Shown piece by piece: positions 10,301 through 21,160 of a DNA stretch of 64,000 nucleotides. The stretch is from Pelagomonas calceolata (lineage: Eukaryota). Numbering within the stretch: position 1 is the stretch's first letter; each line of letters begins with the position of its first letter. The notes below the pieces were generated by a model. It was given only the letters and a program-made list of their open reading frames with translations. It ran no database searches and had not been told where the DNA came from. The stretch covers positions 5,084,001-5,148,000 of the forward strand of contig CAKKNE010000003.1 of NCBI GenBank assembly GCA_918797485.1. Reading direction: 5' to 3'. Position numbers and translations under genes: made by a program.

Positions 10301-11461
10301 ATGCGCAATGGTTTGAGGGGAACCTTCATGCTAACCGCAGTGCACGCGGCCTTAGGGGAGTGGACCAAACTTTGCGGCATGAATACAGGATGCGGGGTCC
10401 TACCACTGCCATATCCACGCGATCTCATCCGTCGTGAGAGGAAACGTAAAATAACTTGTCAACGAGATCGGAGCTATCAGTATGGTTGGATTGATCGAGC
10501 AGGCGTTTGGGGTTTCAAGGACAGGATCTACAAAATGATGAATGGCAGCGAGCTATGTCAGGTGGTGCCACGGGGCACGCGCGTCTTGCTCTTAGGCGAC
10601 TCGCTGTCAGATCAATTCGGCCACTCGTGGAGCGCACGCCTCTGCGCAGATTTGAATAGAGTGTGCAAGCCTACTGAGTCGTGCAGTGGTGGTGCAGTGG
10701 TCTGGCGCGAGACTGCGATGGTTAACTGGTGGGTATGTGTCGACATCCGATGCACTTTCGACGCCGGCGATAAGCGCGTGGAACACTGCGCAAAGGGGGT
10801 AAATAACAACACGTTGGCGTATGCGCTACATGATTACTCACCGCCAACTTTGGAATTTTCAAAATTTATCAATAAAACGCGGCCCTCCATGCTCGTGATT
10901 AATCAAATGGCGCATCTTGGACATTTTCTTAGTAAGACAAGCCCATGTTACACAAGAGCACTACCTGAGACCGGGCTCTCTCTGTTGAAATCTGATGTAC
11001 AGCGATTTTGGCGCAAGGCGATGGCGGGGACAGCACGGTTTCTGCGCGACGAGTATCCCCACCTGCGTGTCATTCTGCGCACAAGTCCTCCAGCCGCCGA
11101 TGGTTTGTACACGAAGGGACACTATAACGAAGTTCCACTGACCGGCGGAGCAGATTTTGAGAAGGGAGATTCCCCCTGGGAGTATGAGCACGGTCTGTAC
11201 CGCGGGATCAATGATCTGACTGTCGCCGCATTCCTCGCAGCGGGTCATGATGTTGTCGACGTCGAGATCCCAATGGGTGTCCGAATTGACGGCCATCCAG
11301 CGTCGCACAGCACAGTGAATAGGGGCGATGCACTTCACTATTGCATGCCAGGCGTTCCTGACTTTGGTTTGGACTTTGTCCTGCGTGCTATATTTGGGCC
11401 TTCAACAGGTCGGTACTCACAGGGCCACATCCCAGGGCATATAACAGGCCCAGGCTACTGA
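10301..11461 (+). CDS. SGNH/PC-esterase (trichome birefringence-like) polysaccharide O-acyltransferase
   Basis: VLLLGDSL (GDS) and DALHYCMPGVPD (DxxH) motifs; start uncertain; GC lower than neighbours. Confidence 0.75.
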   Translation: MRNGLRGTFMLTAVHAALGEWTKLCGMNTGCGVLPLPYPRDLIRRERKRKITCQRDRSYQYGWIDRAGVWGFKDRIYKMMNGSELCQVVPRGTRVLLLGDSLSDQFGHSWSARLCADLNRVCKPTESCSGGAVVWRETAMVNWWVCVDIRCTFDAGDKRVEHCAKGVNNNTLAYALHDYSPPTLEFSKFINKTRPSMLVINQMAHLGHFLSKTSPCYTRALPETGLSLLKSDVQRFWRKAMAGTARFLRDEYPHLRVILRTSPPAADGLYTKGHYNEVPLTGGADFEKGDSPWEYEHGLYRGINDLTVAAFLAAGHDVVDVEIPMGVRIDGHPASHSTVNRGDALHYCMPGVPDFGLDFVLRAIFGPSTGRYSQGHIPGHITGPGY

Positions 11462-12001
11462 GACATCAAAAAGCATTATGCTTTTGAAATGCCAGGGCCG
11501 TTCGAAGAGGGCTAAACAGCCCCCGGCGGCCTTGGGGGGGCTCCCATATAGCGGCGGTGTATCGGAATTCAGATAATCTTACTGCGGTATTTCAAGTTCG
11601 TATGCTTCAAGTTTTCTGTATCATCCGCAGGATGGACGACAGAGAGTACACAAAACCCCTATACTACTCACCGCTCGGACGGGGCGGATCACCGGACCCC
11701 GAATTTGCCATATCTCTACAACTAGACGTCTGGTGCAGGCGCAAATTGAGAATATCGGACCCACGTACCCCCCTAGGGGCGTGATCGACTTCTAGAGCTA
11801 CTTCAGTAAGTAACCCTACCCCCTACTGTAATAGGGGGTTACTTTACATCATACTAGGCCCATACCCGAGTTACTTTAAATCATACTAGCCCTAACCCTG
11901 GCTTAACTGGGATCTGCAGCGCTTCATTAACCGCAATCCTTGTACTTTAATTGCTCTCCACAGCCTTTAGAATACGCTGCCTCGTGTGCTCACGATTTAC
12001 C

Positions 12002-12322
12002 CATGACATAGAGGGAGTCATTGGAGCAATAAACGGCTACGAACTCACTAGGGGTGTAGCATGGAGATTTGCTTTCACGACCAAGATAAACATGTGCGAA
12101 ACATCAGCCATGGACTTTGTTTCAATCCATATATAGGACTCCCGTACCGCAAGAGTCAACCAGCTATGCCGCAAAAATATCAAGGGATTTGACCCAAATG
12201 ATTACAACTCTATACAGGTCAACAGATCTGAGTTCATGCCAATCCACAAGGACAAACCAAATGAAGGAAGCTCACTCACTATTGCGGTAGGGAACTACTC
12301 AGGGGGAAAGCTGATCATATCC
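12002..12322 (+). pseudogene. 2OG-Fe(II) dioxygenase (TET/JBP-like) fragment
   Basis: After an internal TAG at 12134-12136 the frame reads YNSIQVNRSEFMPIHKDKPNEGSSLTIAVGNYSGGKLII (HxD, then GxYxGGxL). Confidence 0.55.
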
Positions 12323-12324
12323 AT

Positions 12325-12535
12325 GATCTAGTCTACACTGGCTCTGACAACCTTCTAAATGAGTTTGAGAGAATGCTCAAGAACAGATGGGATATCAAAG
12401 AAACAGGAGATCTCAGATCGTTTCTGGGCATCAACATACACTATGACAGAGAACAGGGCAGACTAACATTCGATGTAGATGAGAAAATCAAAAAGATCTT
12501 CAAAGAGAAAGAATGGCTGGCGGACATTGGCCATT
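12325..12535 (+). mobile_element. Ty1/copia reverse transcriptase fragment
   Basis: DLVYTGSDNLLNEFERMLKNRWDIKETGDLRSFLGINI matches the segment right after YVDD in copia RTs. Confidence 0.8.
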
Positions 12536-12655
12536 CAAGAGGGCGAAGGAAGTATCCTAGGATACATGCCACTAGCCTCTGGTACCTACTAGAACCTGAG
12601 AGAACTTGAGAGGAGCAACTACTGTTGCAAGAGACAAATACATGGCACGCCTCCG

Positions 12656-13914
12656 ATGATGTTCACCGCTATGGTCGCACTATGGCTGCCCCCGGCGTCG
12701 GCGGCACCGCCCCGTGTGCTCCACGACGCCCTCGTCCGCGCCGGCCCCGAGGCGGTCGTCCACCGCTTCGAAAGCGGATCGTCGGCGCGCTACTTCAGCG
12801 TCGTGCGGGTCGGCGGCGCGAAAAACTGGCCGACGCGCGAGACGTTCGTGTTCGCCCGGCGTGCCTCCCCGACGCACGTCGGCGGCAACGAGCACGAGTG
12901 GGTGTCGTTCTGGCGCGACTGCGACGCGACGCTCCGCGGGACCGAAAAGCAAGCCTCTGGCTGCTTCGCAAGCAGTCAAAATCTGACGAACGTCCGGAGC
13001 CCGCGCGAGACGAACTGGGCACACAACACGGCGCTGCTCTGGGATGCGGGCGCTGTGTACGCGCTCGGCGGTCGCGATAACCCGACGCACCACCGTTCGT
13101 ACGCCGGCGTCAGAATCGGAAAGTCCCCACGTATCACTCCTTAGACGCAGGCGTCCGCGATGGGGCCTACTCGCGCACTTACGAGACCCAGTCCCGGCTC
13201 GACGCGGCTGCGCGAGCCTCGGCGCCTTCGACACGGCGCCTGCCGCCGCCGGAGGACCTGAGGGGCACGCCGGCCCTCCGCGGCGCGCACGCGGGCTGCG
13301 TCGAAAAGCGACCGCAGTTCGCGCCAAATTGCGAGTTCGACGGACGTTTCTCGCTCGCAAGACTTGGATCGACGTATCACCTCTTCGCGCGCGCCAACCT
13401 CGTCGGCGAGAAGGGCGCGCGTGGCCACTTCGGCGGCCGGTTCGTGCAGAGCGCGGCGTCGACGACGTCCCCCCGAGGCCCGTTTGGCGCTTTCTCCGTC
13501 GTCGACGTCCCCGGCTTCCGCGCGCCCTTTGCTCGAGCGCTCAACGTTTACTTTGCAGCCGTTACGTCGAACCCAGCGGACCCGGATAACTCGCTCGTCG
13601 CGCTGTTCCCGCTCAGGGACGAAGGACTGGCAATTCTGGGTCTCGGCGTCTCGTGCGACGGAAAGCGCTTCTCGAGGCTCGCCGTCCTCGCGAACACGAC
13701 CGACGCCGGCGACTTCCGCACTGCCGACCACCCGGCGGACGGAGTGCTCGTTGATGATACGTCGCAGACAGCGCTCTTCTTCGTGCACCGCAACGTGCCG
13801 TCGATCGGCAACGTGACAGGGCCCTCGGCGCTCACGCGCATCCCGATTACGCTAAGCTCGCTCCGCGCGTTTACGCGATCACAGCTCCCGGCGGGCTGCC
13901 CACGAAGGCCGTGA
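12656..13914 (+). CDS. Secreted hypothetical protein (possible beta-propeller glycoside hydrolase-like); GC-AG intron 13107-13150
   Basis: Signal peptide; removing the 44-nt intron joins frames to give HAGCVEKR...CEFDGRFSL...FARANL...GGRFVQ. Confidence 0.7.
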
Positions 13915-14542
13915 GTGGCGAAAGGGGGGGTCTGGTTAAAATTTCGAAGGCCCCTATCCGTGATTAGTGCAAGGAGAATTTGTCCGGGGAGGTGTGTGAA
14001 TTGCAAGTGGTGCGAGTATGCCGCACTGTATGTGCATCACCTGTGGAACAGCGGACTCGGTCCCTCGGACGATCATTCCAAGGCACACGTGCAGTTCGCT
14101 CAGGCTGGACTGAGACCAATGGTTCTGCCAGCGGAGTTTTTCGGTGTAAAAGACCTAAACTTGACTTTGTTTCTTGGTCCGGGGTTCCTTGATTGGCGTT
14201 AACTGTTAACTTGATGCCTTCGGGCCATAAATGTACCCATCGTCGAAGAAAAAACGCGCCCACGCTTCGCCGAGTCGTCAGAACATATGTCACGGGCGGA
14301 GCGCTATGGGAAGTAGCAGGGTCCGGAGCACTCCCCCCAGACTCCAGGGCCCGAAGGGTTGCAGTGTGCTGTAATAGCCTGTATGCATACCATGGTACCG
14401 TATGCCAGCTCTTGCGCGGAGCCCGTGACCACTGGCGCCGGAGTCGAGAGTGTCAACGGTTGTAAAAAAACTGGACTAATTCAGGCCAATAGCAGGTTGC
14501 TTAGGCTCCGCGAAAAAGGGCGCACCGGTGGCGAGACACCAT

Positions 14543-16022
14543 ATGGTCCTGCAGCGCTTTTTCGTGCTGCTCTGCGCCGTCGCTCGCCGCGCACGCGCCG
14601 CCGTCGCGTTCGTGACCCCGGCGAACACCGCGAACGCAGCGCCGGCGGCCGTCGCACTGCTACGAGTCCGCCGATTCGTGCCATCGTCGTCAGGTTTCTT
14701 CGTCGTCGCGCGGCCTTCTACGATCACTTCGCTGAGGGCATCGCATCTGCGTCGCTTTTTTGACGGCGACGGGCCGCTCGACACGCTGGCCGTAGACGTA
14801 ACACGCACAGAAATGCTGGTCGCGCTCGCGCGGCTGCGGTCCTCCGCCCAAATGAAAAGTTTTTTGCGCGGCGCCCCGTGGCCCCTGGAAATGTTCTTCT
14901 GGGCGGTCGCGCCGCAGAAACTGGCCGATCGGGGCTTCGAGCACACGGTCGCCCTCGACGCAGACGTGTTCGCCATGGATGGTCAGATTATTGACGTGTT
15001 GCCGACCGTCCGCGGGATTGGGATCGTGCGCATCTTCCCAAAGGAATGCTACACGGCGGCGATGCCAGCTTCCAAGGCCCGGCTTCCGGCTTTCGTGCCG
15101 CCGCTCGTCGACGCCGTCAAAATCGCTGCTGCGCCACACGCGTTCGCGCACCGCGACGGGACAAACTCGGGCGTAATCGTGTTCAACAACTCGCGCATGG
15201 TCGCGGTCGGCGCAGAATGTCAAGGTGCATTCTGCCGTTTATTCTCGAGAGGAGGGCCACATCTCTCGCTCGCCTCGTCCAAACCGTTGGCTGTGTACTG
15301 GCCGTGTTCCCCCTACTCGCGGGTTGCTTTCTACACAGGTCGAGGTCGACCTGCTTCGGTGGTGCCTCGACGCAGTCGTCGCTGCGAACGGCGCGGTGTA
15401 CGGCGACCAGGACTTGCTCAATTTGATAATCGGCCGGCGGGACATCGACGTGCGTTACTTGCATCCGCGGTTCAACGTCCAGCTCGCGTACCCGGCGCGC
15501 CAGAAGGACGCGTTCATGGACCCACCCTGGTGCGGCTACGGGCAGGCCCAGTTCGTCGCCGCCGCCGCCGGAGGGGCGCTCAACTCGTCGTCGTTCGGCC
15601 ACTTCATATGGACGCGCAAACCGTGGACGGCGCAGGTCGATGGTGAGCTGCGCCGCATCTACGGAGACTTAGCGCGGGGCGGGCGGACGGGCATGCAGTA
15701 CATGGTCCTCGCGTCGCCCCCCTGGGTCAACGCGTGGCGCGACTTCGCCGTCGACGTGCTGGGCCCGGACACCTATTCTGACCTCTTCAAACTCGACCCG
15801 GCGCGGCGCGTCGTCGACTTTACGCTTCTGATGGCCAGCGGCCACGCGCGGTCGCCGCGACGATGCATCGGCGCGGGCGTGTCGAGCTGCGGCGCCGTCC
15901 GGCCGGAGACCGACGCGCCGTTTCCGGCGCCCTTCGCCGGCTTTTCTGACGTCCAGCGCGCGACACGGCGGATCCCTCGGATTGCGGATGATCCCACCCG
16001 CCGGACACTGGCTTATTTCTAG
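14543..16022 (+). CDS. Glycosyltransferase family 8; GT-AG intron 15206-15338
   Basis: LDADV (DxD), NSGVIVFN, GDQDLLN, HFIWTRKPW; phase-0 intron joins the two ORFs. Confidence 0.85.
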
Positions 16023-16360
16023 TAGTACAGCGATTGTGCTATCATGATGATCCTGTAGTTAGTACCTTTATCTAGATATCTAGAGCTCCTCTCAGGTTCT
16101 AGTAGGTATCAGAGGCTAGTGGCCTGTATCCTAGGATACTACTTCCTTCTCCCTCTTAATCTCTGTAGAAAATAGGCCATCTGGGTTATATAATATATTG
16201 GAGTGCAATTTCGTCCTTCTGGCTATTTTTATCTTCAGTTGTAATTGTGAGTATTGTGGGCTCGACCGTGTCCAGGGGCATAGGTTGCTAGACATGTAGG
16301 TTACTTATGGGGTTAGCCTCACTTGGGCTTTGTAGGGTCGTTTCCCGCTGTTCCCCCCAG

Positions 16361-16582
16361 TGAAGTGAACTTACTTTAGGTTCACCCCGGTGTTTTTACG
16401 GCGCCTACTTAGCGCCAGGCTTGATCCACTTGGATAAGCAGAAAGATACGGGATATAGGGAAATATCAGCTCCGGGCACATGTCGGCTGATATAGCGTGC
16501 TGATAGGCGAAATGCGTAGCCGCAGATCCGGCGATAGGGGGGGGCTATGGCGTTGCACGCGCTATCTAGGGGTTTTACCTCA
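16361..16582 (-). mobile_element. Solo LTR, family C
   Basis: TG...CA bounded, diverged full-length copy of 17675-17899; no TSD seen. Confidence 0.8.
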
Positions 16583-16617
16583 AAAGGAGCAAGAATTTTG
16601 GCCCTCCCACCCTCCCT

Positions 16618-16786
16618 TCGTTGTTTTGGCGCGGGGGCGCGTGGTCCGGGGGCCCTGGGGTTGGCGCCCGTTGTGGCAACGGCCTTTTCCACTTATAAAT
16701 CTCCCAAATTTTATCTTAGCTTCACTATCCTAGTTTTCATTTATCCTAGTTAAATACCCGGATAGAATAGGGCTAGTGAATACGGT
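16618..16786 (+). repeat. Dispersed repeat family E
   Basis: Reverse-complement copy at 52831-53003. Confidence 0.8.
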
Positions 16787-16852
16787 GATGCCAGGGGCTG
16801 GGCATCGTACATGAAAGCATGCAGCTAATAGGAGCTTTTCACAACAACAACG

Positions 16853-17260
16853 ATGCTATTCCTCGTCGTCGCGCTCCTCGGTAGGCCGGCGGTCGCCGGG
16901 CCGCGCGCCACCGCGCGCGCAAGCCCGACGTGCTGCTCGGCGGAGAAGAAATGCTGCAGCCAGACCTTTGCGCCGCCCCTCACGCACGCCTGCGACGCTG
17001 CGACGTGCTGCGACGCTGCGTGCGGCGCCCTCGCGGCGGAGGCCGTCCTGGCGGCGCCAGCAGTGGCGCGCGTCCGCAACGCGTACGGACGCAAGCTGTC
17101 GGCGGATTGCTGCGACACGTTCAACGCCGACGGATCGCTCTGCCGGCGTGACCTTGGCGGCAATTGCTCGGCCGCGCGACGGTGCAAAGCGTTCGCCTCG
17201 GACTGCGGCGCGTGCGACACGGTCTGCGTCGAATTTCTCCCCGCGTCCGCCGTACGCTGA
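16853..17260 (+). CDS. Small secreted cysteine-rich protein
   Basis: Signal peptide MLFLVVALLG; many Cys including CC pairs; GC-rich codon usage. Confidence 0.7.
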   Translation: MLFLVVALLGRPAVAGPRATARASPTCCSAEKKCCSQTFAPPLTHACDAATCCDAACGALAAEAVLAAPAVARVRNAYGRKLSADCCDTFNADGSLCRRDLGGNCSAARRCKAFASDCGACDTVCVEFLPASAVR

Positions 17261-17674
17261 GGAGGGATGTCGAACCACCATCTTTTCCTACGGCGGAATT
17301 GCCCGTGAGACAGTTGCTCAAGAGCGCCAGCCAGGCACCCCTGTCGGGAAGGAAAAAATTGTTGCCACAGTGTGCATATTCATCGGAGGCGACCCGGGCA
17401 CCGCCAGTGGCAGGTAGAGATATCCAAGGGCCGTGCAGTATCATTTATTCGAGTTCTACTAAAAGAAGAGAGTCAGGGCCCAGTCTCAAACGCAACCTGA
17501 GTTTGGCGAGGTGTTTGGCGCTAGTGTGTGACTCCCCGTCAAATAGCACTGCGAATGAACTTGAATAGGGTGGAAACCTTGATCCCCTGAGGTGGGACTA
17601 TAAATAAATTAATTAAGTTAGGAAGACCTTTAGAAGAAAGTATAGTGGAGAGGAGTAGGAGGCAGGGGACTAGT

Positions 17675-18292
17675 TGAAGTGAACTTACTTTAGGTTCACC
17701 CCGGTGTTTTCACGGCGGCTACTTAGCGCCGGGCTTGATCCACTTGGATAAGTAAGAAGATACGGGATATAGGGAAATATCAGCCTCGGGCACGTGCCGG
17801 CTGATATAGCGTGCTGATAGGCGAGAGTAATGTAGCCATAGATCCGGCGATAGGGGGCTATGGCGTTGCAGATATATATCTAGGGGAGTTTTCACCTCAC
17901 TCCCCCCTTCCTGGAACTCAAGCCGGGCCTTCAGCTAATTTACCGTTGAAATCAACATCACCGCGTATCCATCAGTAACCAATTCTTTAACGATTTTCAC
18001 TGGAATCTCGTTCTTATTCGTCAAACTGAACGGGTAGAATCGCAATTCGGACCTGTGGACCCTCATGGTCATTTCTTCTAAGGTTTTTGTCTTTTTCCAC
18101 TTATAGATCTCAAGATCGTCCCTGCTGTCAATGTACGCTGGGGCATAAGAAGATACGGGATATAGGGAAATATCAGCCTCGGGCACGTGCCGGCTGATAT
18201 AGCGTGCTGATAGGCGAGAGTAATGTAGCCATAGATCCGGCGATAGGGGGCTATGGCGTTGCAGATATATATCTAGGGGAGTTTTCACCTCA
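17675..18292 (-). mobile_element. Internally deleted LTR retrotransposon (family C)
   Basis: Truncated 5' LTR 18292-18147, ORF remnant, polypurine tract GGAAGGGGGGAG abutting complete 225-bp 3' LTR 17899-17675; TAGT on both outer flanks. Confidence 0.85.
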
Positions 18293-18599
18293 TAGTGTCT
18301 AGGACCGTGACTAGTGTGGGAGCCAGAGCGGAGATTAAGATCTGAACTTCACTATTCTGGTTTTCAAAAACCTCCTGGGTTTTCAAAAGATGTCCGAAAA
18401 GCGTATCTGCATCGCAGTGTTTATGTCCGAGTCACGGTCACGGTCGGATTTCCCGAGTCAAGTTGTATGCTTGTGTATCATCCGTTAGGATCATGGGTCA
18501 TACAGTACTAGTACACAAAATCCCACTGGCAATACTACTCCAGGAGCAATGCCAGGAGCAATGGACTCGGAGGAGTGTCCCACAATTATCGGGGCTACT

Positions 18600-20429
18600 T
18601 TAGTCCACGTGGGCGCCTATCGCCACGGCGTCGTCCGACCGCCGGAGCACGTCGCGCGCGCGCGCCTCGGCCAGGGCTCGCTCGAGCTGGGCGTTCTTCG
18701 CTCGCCACCCCGCTAGCTCGGCGACCTTCTCCTCCTCGGCGGCCGCCTGCGCTTGGAGCTTCGCCGCGACCTTGGCCTCTATATTCTTGAGCTCGTCGGC
18801 CTGTGCCGCCAGCAGCGCCGCCTTCTCAGCCTCGTGCGTCGCTACCAGTGCCGCCCGCGCCGCCTGCGCCGCCGCGAACGCCTCGTGGCTGGCCGCGATC
18901 TTCCTCCGCTTTTCGGCGGCCGCCGCCTCGAACGCCGCTTCCATCTCCGCCGCATCCGTCGCCGCCTGCGCCGCCTGCCGCGTGATCAGGGCGTCGTGAC
19001 CTTTGATCTCGGCCTCCGCGAGCGCGGTCGCGGCCGCGAGCGCCGCCGTGTTCGCCTCAACGCGCGCCCTTTTGTCGCGCAGCGCGGCACGCGCGGCGGC
19101 GCAGGCATCGTGCGCGTCCTTGGCCGCTGCGACCTCGCCGAGGAGTTCCAGCGTCTCCGCTGCGCGAGCCGCGGTCGCCGCAGCGTTCTTTGCGTCCACT
19201 CTTTTCAGGACGGCGTCCTTCTCTGCCGCCGCCTCGGCTTTGAGGCGCCGGGCGACAGCGCGGACCTCGCGGTCGAAGCGTGCCCGAACGGGCGCGAGCC
19301 GCGCCTCGACCTCGGCCCTCCGGTTCGCGTCCGAGCGCCGCCGTATCTCCGCGCACGCAGCGTCGCGCGCCGCCTCGTGCGCGGCCTGGCGGTCACGCTC
19401 CAGCGCCTCGATCGCTGCGCGGTCGTTGCGCAGCCGTTGTTCGTGCGCCCTGTCGAGCTCCGCCTCGCGTCGCGCGAAGTCTGCCTCGACGCGCGCAATC
19501 GCTGCGGCGTGCTCCGCCTCGGCCACTTTTCGCGCTTCCTCGTGCTTCCGCTTCTCCTCGGCTTGCGCGCGCCGCCCTTCTCTCTCGATATTCGCTGCCT
19601 CCTCGTGGAGCTCTGCACGCCGTTCGTTCAGCTTGGCGTCGTTAGCCGCGCGCAGCGCGTCGAGGCGGGCCGTCGACTCCGCCTCGAGGCGCCGCTTCTC
19701 CTCTTCGAGCTTGACTGCGCACTCCGTTTCGAGCCTCCGTCGTTCCTCGTCGAGCCACCGATCGTCCTCGGCCTTCTGCTCTGCCAGCTCTTTCTTGTTC
19801 CTCGAGATTAGTCGGCGCACCTCGGGCTCCAAGGCCTTCACGACCTTGGCCTTGATCGCAGGCTTTCGCTTCTCGACGAGCGCTGCGAATTCCTCCTCCT
19901 CGCGTCTCTTCCACTCGCGCTTCGCGGCCTCGAGCTTCTTTTCAGCCTCGCGTTCTGCCGCCGCGACTTTCGCGGACTTGACGGCGTCAGCCTTTGCCGC
20001 GTGCGCCCGGAGCTGCTCGACGCGCCGCTCGAGCTCCGCGACGTCGTCTTCTAGCCTCGCCTTGAGGGCTGCCTGCTCCGCCGCTTTTCTTTTGAAGTCG
20101 GCGTCCGCCGCCGCCTGCTTCCGGCGCCACTCCTCCCTGCAGCGCGCCAGCCCGGCCTTTGCGTCCTCGCGCGTCTGGCGCAGCTCGACGCGGCGCTTCC
20201 GGACGACGTCTTTCGCCTCGGCCAGCTGCGCCTGGAGCCGCCGGATCTGCGCGCGCGCCGCCTCGAACGACGCGTCGCCGTCGGCGAGGGCGGGCGCTTC
20301 CTCGTCGTCCCAGGCGTACTTCGCCGAGGCGCGGCTCCTCCGCCGCGCCGGTGGCTGGTGGTTTGCCTCCTCGCCGTCGTCGAATTCGTCCCAGACGTAG
20401 CGCTTCGGCGGAGCGGCCGCCGTCCCCAT
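18600..20429 (-). CDS. CEP131: Coiled-coil centrosomal/ciliary protein, CEP131/AZI1-like
   Basis: Long coiled coil; IKAKVVKALEPEVRRLISRNKKEL resembles the conserved CEP131 LEPEI motif. Confidence 0.6.
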   Translation of the reverse strand: MGTAAAPPKRYVWDEFDDGEEANHQPPARRRSRASAKYAWDDEEAPALADGDASFEAARAQIRRLQAQLAEAKDVVRKRRVELRQTREDAKAGLARCREEWRRKQAAADADFKRKAAEQAALKARLEDDVAELERRVEQLRAHAAKADAVKSAKVAAAEREAEKKLEAAKREWKRREEEEFAALVEKRKPAIKAKVVKALEPEVRRLISRNKKELAEQKAEDDRWLDEERRRLETECAVKLEEEKRRLEAESTARLDALRAANDAKLNERRAELHEEAANIEREGRRAQAEEKRKHEEARKVAEAEHAAAIARVEADFARREAELDRAHEQRLRNDRAAIEALERDRQAAHEAARDAACAEIRRRSDANRRAEVEARLAPVRARFDREVRAVARRLKAEAAAEKDAVLKRVDAKNAAATAARAAETLELLGEVAAAKDAHDACAAARAALRDKRARVEANTAALAAATALAEAEIKGHDALITRQAAQAATDAAEMEAAFEAAAAEKRRKIAASHEAFAAAQAARAALVATHEAEKAALLAAQADELKNIEAKVAAKLQAQAAAEEEKVAELAGWRAKNAQLERALAEARARDVLRRSDDAVAIGAHVD

Positions 20430-21160
20430 AACGGTGATGGCCTGCCTGCGGCGATTAGGACGGCAGCATCTATTCGTGCACTGCGTGCTCTATTCTATAA
20501 AATAGTTCATGAGATGTTCATGGATTACCACCTTATAGGTAGCAAGAGTATGTCGCAGCGTTATGTAGTTAGCAGGGTCCTAGAAATAAATAACTTGAAT
20601 TTACATGTAAGTTGAAACTTGAATAAAGAAAGAAAGAAAGGAAGACCTAAAAAAAGGAACAAGCTCCTAAGAGCCTTCTCCCTGCTCAGGCTCAGTCAGG
20701 ATACCCAACCTGAGCTTCGAAATAGCAGTAAAATAACGGTCACGGTACAACCGCCGGCGTGACGGATTTTTAATCTCCACGATTTCCGTGCTCATCGCCC
20801 GCCGGGTTCAAACGACCTTTGGCCATTGGCCCTCGCGGGGCCTGCGTGAGCTTCTCCGTTCCCTTGGCGATCTTCATCAGACCCCTGCGTGGTATCATAG
20901 TACCCTAAGCTGTCCGTAGTACCCGCGCGGTACTACGCGCGGTACTACGGACCGTCCCTGGCGATCTTCTTCCGGACAATCACGATTGTACGACGCATCA
21001 ACGAGCCCCCAGGGCCCCGGGAATGGGTCGGGGTCGGAAACGAGGACGACGGTCGGCAGACGCCGGACCCGAAAGGGCTACCCGGGCGTAGACCCGGGCG
21101 TGGAATCTCTCTCGATTCTCAAATTAGGGGACCGCCTCCTTGTCTGCTTTGGTATTTATC

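Noticed and set aside
13915..14465. Short ORFs in a mid-GC stretch
   Set aside because: No recognisable motif or codon bias; left unannotated
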